From a virus (taxonomy: Duplodnaviria; Caudoviricetes): a stretch of 30,510 nt of DNA. The notes under the pieces are model-generated. The model had not been told where the DNA came from. It did no database searches and saw only the letters and a list, made by a program, of their open reading frames with translations. The stretch spans positions 1-30,510 of IMG/VR virus record IMGVR_UViG_3300040971_000040; one strand, given 5' to 3'. The translations under genes and the position numbers were made by a program. Shown in pieces: positions 23,322 through 30,510 of this stretch. Each line of letters begins with the position of its first letter. Within the stretch, counting starts at the first letter, position 1.

Positions 23322-24992
23322 ATGATGAGTAAAGTAGCCTTGGACAGAGTTACTAGCAGCTTTGGTTTCCAGGCTGCTTTTAACACCGTCCTCCAGCAAA
23401 TAGAAAATGAATTCAGTGAGAATGTTCTTTATAGAAAGAATCCTTTAGGCGAGCCCAATTCTATGTCTGTTGACATTGATATGGGCTCCCATGATTTGCT
23501 TAATGTAGGTTTAGTAAGTGCAACAGACTTTCGTATTAATGGAAAAACTCTTACACAGTCCTTACAAGACACGTTAGAAGAAGTTGCTGCTTACCCTGCT
23601 GAAGCAATGGGCTATAGAGATGAGGCTTTAGCGTATAGAGATCGAGCTCAGGGGTTTGCAATAAACTCCCAAGATAGCGCCATTGCTTCCCAAGCTTCTG
23701 CAGATAGTTCTGCTATTAGCGCGTCTGAAGCCCTTGCTTCTGAACAAGCGGCTGAGTTGGCTGCTGCTAATGCGGCTGCTGATATTTTAGCTAACATTGC
23801 TCCTGCACAGGCGAGAGGAATTCTCCTTACAGGGGAAACTACCATCACCCTCCCTTGGGAATATGATAATGTAAATAAGAATGTGTCTGTCTTTCTTGAT
23901 GGCGTAAAACAAGATGCTGACGTTGCTCTCACCTACCCTTCCACTACAACTATTGTTTTAAGTGAGGCTGTCACTGGGACAACCAACTGGGAAGTGATTA
24001 GCCTTATTCTCACAGCGGATAGCACTCTTAGTGGTTATGTGGATCAGGCACAAACCATCGTAAATAATGCTGCTCTTAGTAACCTTCCTGTAGGCTCCCT
24101 TATCTGGGTCACTGGTGTGAATGCACCTGCTGGTTTTATTGTGGGGGATGGTGAGCTTCGTAGTAGAGCAGCCTTCCCCGATCTCTGGGCCTATGCACAA
24201 GCAAGCGGAAATATCTCTGTTGATGATGCAAGCTGGACCTTTGGTCAGTACTCTCCCGGCGATGGTGCTACTACCTTCAGGGTTCCTAAAGTAGACGATA
24301 GGTTCATCCGTGGTAAATCTGCTACGAGGCCCGTTGGTTTGGTGGAAGAGGATGTTGTTGGACCTTTAGAGTATAGGGTTACTAATTTCACCGCATCAAC
24401 CCCACTCTATATAGATGGCTCTCGTTATGCTGTGATGCCGACAACTGGTGACGGCACAGAAGCGGTGGTCACACAATCTGCTAGTGGAGATACATGGATT
24501 ACAAACACAGCCGACGAAACTCGCCCCAAAGCACTCACAATGCTTCCCTGCATCAAGGCTTACGATGTCATTAGTGATCCTAATGTGCTCAATGCTGTTG
24601 GTGTGGTGAATAGTATTGCTGATATTGAAGCTAGGAAGGTTGACGAGGCTGACCTAAACGCCCCTGGAGATGCGCCGATGTATGTTTGTCGGGCATGGGT
24701 GAACTTTGATGGAACAACTACACCACCGACTATTAGAGCGAGTGGGAATGTTAGTAGTGTGGTGAGGAATGCAACTGGTGACTACACTATAAACTTTACT
24801 ACAGCTATGGAAGATGGAAATTTTGCTGTTACTGCTACTGGAAAAGAGGGTTCATCCGATTCTTTTGGATTATCTTTTGGGATTTCTGGTGATTATATTG
24901 CTAATCAAAATAATGTAAGACTTGTTTATGTTGCTGGAAATGCATCAACTCATATTGATACACCCATAGCAAATATAGCATTTTTCCACTAA
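23322..24992 (+). CDS. Tail fibre protein with tail-collar domain
   Basis: Ala/Ser coiled segment; collar LPVGSLIW...APAGFIVGDG...FPDLWAY...GDGATTFRVP...FIRG; C-terminal CRAWVNFDG...GNVSSV. Confidence 0.88.
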   Translation: MMSKVALDRVTSSFGFQAAFNTVLQQIENEFSENVLYRKNPLGEPNSMSVDIDMGSHDLLNVGLVSATDFRINGKTLTQSLQDTLEEVAAYPAEAMGYRDEALAYRDRAQGFAINSQDSAIASQASADSSAISASEALASEQAAELAAANAAADILANIAPAQARGILLTGETTITLPWEYDNVNKNVSVFLDGVKQDADVALTYPSTTTIVLSEAVTGTTNWEVISLILTADSTLSGYVDQAQTIVNNAALSNLPVGSLIWVTGVNAPAGFIVGDGELRSRAAFPDLWAYAQASGNISVDDASWTFGQYSPGDGATTFRVPKVDDRFIRGKSATRPVGLVEEDVVGPLEYRVTNFTASTPLYIDGSRYAVMPTTGDGTEAVVTQSASGDTWITNTADETRPKALTMLPCIKAYDVISDPNVLNAVGVVNSIADIEARKVDEADLNAPGDAPMYVCRAWVNFDGTTTPPTIRASGNVSSVVRNATGDYTINFTTAMEDGNFAVTATGKEGSSDSFGLSFGISGDYIANQNNVRLVYVAGNASTHIDTPIANIAFFH

Positions 24993-25011
24993 AAACATAA
25001 GGAACCAAAAT

Positions 25012-25209
25012 ATGAAAGTAATTATATATCCAACGGATAATTCGATAGCGGTAATGGCTCCTTCTGGTGTGCTCTCCACAGAAGAAACAGCACTAAAAGA
25101 TGTCCCAACAGGCGTTCCATTCTTTATTGTAGAACACACAGATCTTCCCACAGAACCACAAGAAACATGGGAAGTAGACTTTAGTAATCCAGATGGATAT
25201 GGAGAATAG
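25012..25209 (+). CDS. Tail-fibre-associated small protein
   Basis: ALKDVPTGVPFFIV..DLP..W, a type commonly found after AWVNFDG-type fibres. Confidence 0.7.
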   Translation: MKVIIYPTDNSIAVMAPSGVLSTEETALKDVPTGVPFFIVEHTDLPTEPQETWEVDFSNPDGYGE

Positions 25210-25210
25210 T

Positions 25211-25579
25211 ATGAGCAGAATACAAGTCGATCAAGCGAAGCTACTTGAGCTTCGCACAAAGGAAGCCCGTGAACTCTTCAAGCAGGAACGTGCAAAAGCT
25301 GTAGCTGCTACCGTGGTCCTTGTGGATATAGATGAGAACACTGCTTATCTCTTTGACGGTGATGAGACCTCACAGACCCGTATGGCGAGAGCTATGGTCA
25401 CCATGACGGACACTGATGTGACGCCTTGGGTTCTTGCTGACAACACCCCTGTGCTAGTCACAAAAGCGCAGCTTGCTGTTGCCTTGAGGAAGGCCGCAGA
25501 GGAACAGACGAGGCTCTGGGTGATGCCTGTAGTTGAACCTGTAGTGGAAGAGGAGGTGGTGACTGATGGCGTTAACTAA
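25211..25579 (+). CDS. Tail fibre assembly protein (DUF4376-like)
   Basis: FDGDETSQTRMARA...WVLADNT..VTKAQL; start MSRIQ at 25211 (SD GGAG). Confidence 0.8.
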   Translation: MSRIQVDQAKLLELRTKEARELFKQERAKAVAATVVLVDIDENTAYLFDGDETSQTRMARAMVTMTDTDVTPWVLADNTPVLVTKAQLAVALRKAAEEQTRLWVMPVVEPVVEEEVVTDGVN

Positions 25580-25796
25580 AGTGACTATGGGCCTCTTGAG
25601 TGGCCTTGCGGCTAAAGTTAGGGACATCATGAAGGACCATTCCAACATCAACCTTGGGGAAGCTCAGGCTGCTGCAGGAGAGATATACAGGATTATGGGT
25701 AGTGCTGCTAGTGATAATGGGGCTGTGCTATCTGCGGATATTCTCCCTAGTGGGGCTACAATGCCATCTATTCGTATTGATATACGAGGAAAATAA
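25566..25796 (+). CDS. Hypothetical protein (76 aa)
   Basis: SD GGAGGTG; MALTKV start. Confidence 0.7.
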   Translation: MALTKVTMGLLSGLAAKVRDIMKDHSNINLGEAQAAAGEIYRIMGSAASDNGAVLSADILPSGATMPSIRIDIRGK

Positions 25797-25820
25797 AGGA
25801 GAAGATAATGGAGTGACGAC

Positions 25821-26015
25821 ATGATTAAACTTATTAATCTTCTTACCTCAATATTCCAGTTAGTGACTTACATATTGAACAAGTACGACAAAAAGAGACG
25901 AGAAGCAAAGTATGAAGAAGTTACTAATAATCCTAATAGCGAGTGGGTTAATGGTTTTGGGGTGCGGGCAGAAACAAAAAGTTCCGACCCCACCAAGGCC
26001 CCTCCTGGAGAATAG
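25821..26015 (+). CDS. Putative inner-membrane spanin (Rz-like)
   Basis: N-terminal hydrophobic helix then a basic stretch; overlapped by a lipoprotein gene. Confidence 0.55.
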   Translation: MIKLINLLTSIFQLVTYILNKYDKKRREAKYEEVTNNPNSEWVNGFGVRAETKSSDPTKAPPGE

Positions 26016-26112
26016 TGTCATTTACGACAACGGGACTATAGTGTTACCTTTGCAAGATCAAAGGATTTTAATGTTATATATAATTCAACTTGAGGAGCTG
26101 GTAAATGATTGA
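25912..26112 (+). CDS. Lipoprotein, putative outer-membrane spanin (Rz1-like)
   Basis: MKKLLIILIASGLMVLG-C lipobox; Pro-rich PTPPRP; +1 frame overlap. Confidence 0.7.
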   Translation: MKKLLIILIASGLMVLGCGQKQKVPTPPRPLLENSVIYDNGTIVLPLQDQRILMLYIIQLEELVND

Positions 26113-26269
26113 ACATGTTACAACTAATTGGGAGTTGTATGTTGCTGCGGTTGGCGCCCTTATCGGACTGGCTGTAGCGATTGCGAAACTTACTCCCACT
26201 AAGAAAGACGATGAGATTGTTGGTCGTGTAAAGGATACTTTTGATTCTCTTACTAAGAAGAGTGAATAA
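26105..26269 (+). CDS. Holin-like membrane protein (54 aa)
   Basis: Not in the track. MIEHVTTNWELYVAAVGALIGLAVAIAKLTPTKKDDEIV...; SD GAGGAG; TM plus TPTxxDD motif. Confidence 0.7.
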   Translation: MIEHVTTNWELYVAAVGALIGLAVAIAKLTPTKKDDEIVGRVKDTFDSLTKKSE

Positions 26270-26505
26270 TGGCCCCTGCAGATGAGAGAAGGAAACGCTC
26301 ATTAACAGAAGCTGATATTGAAGATCTGAAAGGGATAGCTGGTGTCTGCCCTAACGGTATGACTCAGAATGATGTATTTCGTCTTAGAGAAATGCTGGAT
26401 ACATGGGATCGTGCAAGAATTGCTGTTGGAGGGTACGTGCTCAAAACAGTCATGGCTCTGGTCCTTTGTATTGGGGTGATGGTTGCTTGGATTACCAACA
26501 AATGA
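26269..26505 (+). CDS. C-terminal-TM protein (holin/antiholin-like)
   Basis: ERRKR N-terminus; TM VLKTVMALVLCIGVMVAWI; TAATG coupling. Confidence 0.65.
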   Translation: MAPADERRKRSLTEADIEDLKGIAGVCPNGMTQNDVFRLREMLDTWDRARIAVGGYVLKTVMALVLCIGVMVAWITNK

Positions 26506-26511
26506 GGGTAT

Positions 26512-27018
26512 ATGTTTAAAGACACCGTAGGAAGATGGTTGACTAAATCTCTTTTCTACGAAGCTAATGACTATAAGATTGACAGCGCCCTATTTACTTT
26601 AGGAGATGAGGATGTCACTATTAAAGGGAAGCCCCTCATCTCCTTGCGGAAACGATTTGTAGATAGCGATGACCCCACAGGTTGGGCGATAGCTCAGGAA
26701 TTCCTTGGAGGATATTCCCATTGGGACGCTATCTGCAATTCCGCTTCTCTAAGGGGAGAAGTAGAGAAGTGGCAAGAAGAACTAGAAGTTAAGCTTCGTA
26801 GCATAGGTTTGGCTAACACAATTAAATCTGCAAGAGCTGGGAATTTTAACGCTTCCAAGTTCTTATCTGAGAAAGGTTGGGTTAAGCGTATAGCAGGCCG
26901 ACCTTCTAAAGACGAAGTTGCTAGGGAATTAAAGGTCCAAACCAGACTCCGGGATGAGTTTGAGGATGACCTCAAACGGATGGAGGTATTAAATGGCGAG
27001 GGACTGCCTCTCAACTAA
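26512..27018 (+). CDS. terS: Terminase small subunit (putative)
   Basis: Directly upstream of and overlapping TerL; helical; AGRPSK motif. Confidence 0.75.
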   Translation: MFKDTVGRWLTKSLFYEANDYKIDSALFTLGDEDVTIKGKPLISLRKRFVDSDDPTGWAIAQEFLGGYSHWDAICNSASLRGEVEKWQEELEVKLRSIGLANTIKSARAGNFNASKFLSEKGWVKRIAGRPSKDEVARELKVQTRLRDEFEDDLKRMEVLNGEGLPLN

Positions 27019-28537
27019 AGACGCTATAAGGCAGCAAGCTGAAGACGATTTGTTTTATTTTGCTTGTCTTGTAAATCCTATGCGATTATACGGGGAGTTG
27101 CATAAGGAGGTTTTCAGATGGCTGATGCGTGAAGATCACCCAAACCAACTTTTGCTTCTCCCCCGTGCTCATATGAAGAGCCACTGCATTGCAGTTTGGG
27201 TCGCGTGGTGGATTACTAAACATCCTGAAACTACGGTCCTTTATATCTCGGCTACTTCAGAACTAGCTGAGTCCCAGCTTAAAGCGATTAAAGATATTCT
27301 TACATCGAAAATCTATACTCGTTATTGGCCTAATATGGTGCATCCTGATGAGGGTAAACGAGAGAGGTGGAGTGCTACAAAAATTGCTGTAGACCATCCA
27401 AAACGTAAGACTGAGGGTGTCCGTGATGCTACGGTGGCCGCTGCTGGGTTGACAACCACAACTACTGGTTGGCACGCTGATGTAATTGTACCTGATGACG
27501 TTGTTGTGCCTGATAACGCCTATACTGAGGACGGGAGAAGAAAAGTAGCTGCTGCTATGTCGCAGATGGCCTCGATCCTCAATACAGGCGGTATTACAAA
27601 GGCTTGTGGGACACGTTATCATCCTGCTGACCAGTATGACGTTTGGTTAAAACAGAAGGTTTCTCTCTTTAATGAAGAAGGAGAAGTGGTTGACGAAGAG
27701 CCTATTTGGGAAGTGTTCGAGCGGGTGGTTGAAGTAGAAGGTGAGTTTGTCTGGCCTCGCTCCACCCGGGGTGACGGTAAAATGTTTGGGTTTGACAGGC
27801 GAGAACTTTCTCGTATTAGCGCTATGTACACAGATAGAACTCAGTTTTACGCCCAGTATTTTAACGACCCTAACGACCCTGAAAGTAACAGATTAAATGC
27901 TAGCCGTTTTCAATATTACGATAGGAAACATATAAAGAGGGAGGACGGTCGATGGTATTACAAAGAGCGGCCATTGAATGTTTATGCAGCAATTGACTTT
28001 GCGTTCTCCCTCAAGAAAACCGCTGACTATACAGCTATTGTTGTTATCGGTATTGATGGGGATGGAAATATTTATATTTTAGATATTGATCGATTTAAGA
28101 CAGATAAAATTGCTGTCTACTTTGAGAAAGTAAAACTCTTACATGCTCGCTGGATGTTCAGAAAACTCCGAGCTGAAGTGAGTGTTGCTCAGGGTATGAT
28201 TTGCAATGACTTAAAAGACAGTATTCGTAAAGAAGGTATGAGTTTATCAATCGATGAACACAGACCAACTAGGAACGAGGGAAATAAAGAGGAGCGTATA
28301 GCTTCTGTTCTTGAACCTAGATATGAGAATATGTCTATATGGCATTTTCAAGGTGGGTATATTCCGGCCCTTGAGGAAGAGCTTATTCTAGCTCGCCCGC
28401 CACACGATGATATTAAGGACACTCTAGCCTGTGCTGTGGAGATAGCCATCCCACCTAAGAGGCTCAGAGAGCGTGATGTGCAACCTAAACTCCAATTCTC
28501 AAATAGATTTGGAGGTGTGAGTTTTGGAGGTATCTAA
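26993..28537 (+). CDS. terL: Terminase large subunit
   Basis: LLPRAHMKS (Walker A), TGWHADVIVPDD (Walker B), GTRYH, nuclease AIDFA..DYTA..HDDIKD. Confidence 0.95.
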   Translation: MARDCLSTKDAIRQQAEDDLFYFACLVNPMRLYGELHKEVFRWLMREDHPNQLLLLPRAHMKSHCIAVWVAWWITKHPETTVLYISATSELAESQLKAIKDILTSKIYTRYWPNMVHPDEGKRERWSATKIAVDHPKRKTEGVRDATVAAAGLTTTTTGWHADVIVPDDVVVPDNAYTEDGRRKVAAAMSQMASILNTGGITKACGTRYHPADQYDVWLKQKVSLFNEEGEVVDEEPIWEVFERVVEVEGEFVWPRSTRGDGKMFGFDRRELSRISAMYTDRTQFYAQYFNDPNDPESNRLNASRFQYYDRKHIKREDGRWYYKERPLNVYAAIDFAFSLKKTADYTAIVVIGIDGDGNIYILDIDRFKTDKIAVYFEKVKLLHARWMFRKLRAEVSVAQGMICNDLKDSIRKEGMSLSIDEHRPTRNEGNKEERIASVLEPRYENMSIWHFQGGYIPALEEELILARPPHDDIKDTLACAVEIAIPPKRLRERDVQPKLQFSNRFGGVSFGGI

Positions 28538-30285
28538 TGGCTGGTAGTGTTGCTCAACTTAGGCTTGCCATTAACGAAATCTCTGATGGCTTGGCTAGAA
28601 ATGTAGCATATTTGTGGGATCAGTGGCATAAACAGAGACTTACGAAGATTTCCCAGTGGACTGAATTACGTAATTACTTATTTGCAACTGATACATCAAC
28701 AACGTCTAACTCTCCTCTTCCTTGGAAGAACTCAACTACAACCCCTAAGTTATGCCAGATACGGGATAACCTCCACGCTAATTACATTTCAGCCCTGCTT
28801 CCTAATAGCAACTGGATGAAATGGGAAGGTGGGAGTCAGGAAGACGAGTTGAAAGAGAAGGCCGACGCAATCACTGCTTATATGCGTACTAAGTGTCAAG
28901 AGAGCGGATTCAGAGATATTGTTAGTAAGCTAACTTATGATTTTATTGATTATGGTAATTGTTTTTCTGAGGTAGAGTATGTTCGTAATGGGCATATTGA
29001 CTCTAAAACCGGGGAATTTATTACAATCTATGAGGGCCCTATCGCTAGACGGATTAGTCCCCTTGATATTGTCTTCAACCCTGTTGCTGCTTCTTTTGAG
29101 GAGTCCCCTAAAATTATAAGGAAGCTGTATAATATCGGTGAGCTTGTCAAGTTAGCTCTACTCCCCGGGGGAGAAAAATGGCAGAGAGCCATTGATAAAC
29201 ACTCCCTTCTTGCTAAAACATCGGGGAGTTACTCGATTGAGGATTATGAGAAGGCTGTTGGTTTCTCTGTGGATGGGTTCGGGAACTACCAAGAATATCT
29301 GCAGAGTGATTATGTCGAAGTGTTAGAATTCCGTGGTGATCTTTTTAATAAGGAGTCAGGAGAGCTTCTCCAAAACCATCAAATTATTGTTATTGACCGT
29401 TGCATTCTAGTTGACAGTAACCCAATTGAGAATTGGTTAGGCAAAACAAGTATTGTTCATGTTGGTTGGCGTTATCGCCCCGATAATCTGTGGGCTATGG
29501 GCCCGTTGGATAATATCGTAGGTATGCAATACCGTATTGACCACCTTGAAAATCTGAAAGCTGACGCTATGGACCTTGCTGTCCATCCTATGCTTCTTAT
29601 TAAAGGCGATGTTGATCCTTTTGATTGGAGACCGGGGGGCGAGATTGTTATCTCTGGCGACGGGGAGGTAGTGGAGCTGGGTAAGAACCTCAATGGCGTA
29701 ATTGCCGCTGAGAATGCAATAGCTTTATATGAAAATAAAATGGAAGAGTTTGCCGGAGCCCCTAAACAGGCAATGGGTATTCGTACCCCCGGTGAGAAAA
29801 CTGCTTTTGAAGTTCAGCAGCTACAAAATGCTGCAGGAAGAATCTTTCAAGAGAAAGTGACACTCTTTGAAATTAATATGTTGGAGCCCCTATTAAATCT
29901 GATGTTAGAATCTGCTAGACGCAACCTTAATATGGTCGATGTCGTTCGCAGTTTTGATGATGATTTTGGTGTAGATGTGTTCTTGGAGATTACCAAGGAC
30001 GACATCACTGCTAGGGGTAAATTAAGACCAGTTGGAGCTAGACATTTTGGCGAACAAGCTCAGTTGATTCAGAACATAAATACTCTGTTCTCTGGTGCTC
30101 TCGGTCAAATGGTTGCTCCTCATATATCTCCGAAAGCTCTCGCCTACCTTGTTGAAGATGCTTTACAGATTCAGAAGTATGAAGTTGTAAGGCCGAATGT
30201 GGGCATGGTGGAGCAAGCTGAATCGCAACAGATGGCGGGTAATCTGGAGCAGTCGGTGATGGAGAATCAGGCAGTTGAATATTAA
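28537..30285 (+). CDS. Portal protein
   Basis: 582 aa after TerL; DFIDYGN, RISPLDIVFNP, MGIRTPGEKTAFEV. Confidence 0.9.
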   Translation: MAGSVAQLRLAINEISDGLARNVAYLWDQWHKQRLTKISQWTELRNYLFATDTSTTSNSPLPWKNSTTTPKLCQIRDNLHANYISALLPNSNWMKWEGGSQEDELKEKADAITAYMRTKCQESGFRDIVSKLTYDFIDYGNCFSEVEYVRNGHIDSKTGEFITIYEGPIARRISPLDIVFNPVAASFEESPKIIRKLYNIGELVKLALLPGGEKWQRAIDKHSLLAKTSGSYSIEDYEKAVGFSVDGFGNYQEYLQSDYVEVLEFRGDLFNKESGELLQNHQIIVIDRCILVDSNPIENWLGKTSIVHVGWRYRPDNLWAMGPLDNIVGMQYRIDHLENLKADAMDLAVHPMLLIKGDVDPFDWRPGGEIVISGDGEVVELGKNLNGVIAAENAIALYENKMEEFAGAPKQAMGIRTPGEKTAFEVQQLQNAAGRIFQEKVTLFEINMLEPLLNLMLESARRNLNMVDVVRSFDDDFGVDVFLEITKDDITARGKLRPVGARHFGEQAQLIQNINTLFSGALGQMVAPHISPKALAYLVEDALQIQKYEVVRPNVGMVEQAESQQMAGNLEQSVMENQAVEY

Positions 30286-30510
30286 GTTTTCCACCCGCCT
30301 TACATCGCATCTAAAAGGGCAAGATAAGAAGGATTTTGCTACCCGCATCATCGAGAATAAACCAATTCTCGACCGGATTATCGCAGTCATAGAAGCTGAT
30401 GTTAAGAAGAGTCGTAATATCCAAATTAACAGGGAGAGCTTTAGAAATCCAGAGTGGGCTAATCAAACAGCTTATGAATTTGGATATCAAAAAGCTCTCG
30501 AAGATGTAAT
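30275..30510 (+). CDS. Hypothetical protein after portal (partial)
   Basis: TTG start; MNIKFSTRLTSHLKGQDKKDF...NPEWANQTAYEFGYQKALEDV; open to the window end. Confidence 0.7.
   Translation, partial: MNIKFSTRLTSHLKGQDKKDFATRIIENKPILDRIIAVIEADVKKSRNIQINRESFRNPEWANQTAYEFGYQKALEDV

Noticed and set aside
22917-23399. Minus-strand ORFs of 160 and 82 aa
   Set aside because: Antisense to the Lys-rich late gene; their Leu/Phe richness mirrors AAG/AAA codons

Overview
This is a fragment of a lytic podovirus genome whose gene content and two-arm layout resemble the SIO1/PA11/VpV262 (Zobellviridae) and phiEco32-type phages; no phage RNA polymerase is visible in the window. The minus-strand arm (1-21280) carries small early genes, a phiEco32-type glutamine-amidotransferase/amidoligase/ATP-grasp cluster, T7-like primase-helicase, a sigma-factor-like protein, family A DNA polymerase split by a group I intron with an HNH homing endonuclease, a putative SSB, 5'-3' exonuclease, two free-standing HNH nucleases, dUTPase, a DEDD exonuclease, tRNA-Leu(UAA), tRNA-Gln(UUG) and the start of a ribonucleotide reductase. 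The plus-strand arm (22974-30510) carries a basic protein, tail fibre and chaperones, spanin/holin-like genes, terminase subunits and portal. The ~1.7 kb non-coding junction between the arms probably contains the genome ends. It holds the most striking feature: 14 sigma-54 (RpoN) -24/-12 consensus sites in ~810 bp on both strands, several in face-to-face pairs, which suggests an RpoN decoy or loading array rather than ordinary promoters. A bipartite motif TGTCACA-N13-TWCGTATAATA occurs four times and is the likely target of the phage sigma factor; one copy points antisense into the early genes. The early leader is highly structured and carries boxA-like motifs. All family calls are from motif recognition only; no database searches were run.
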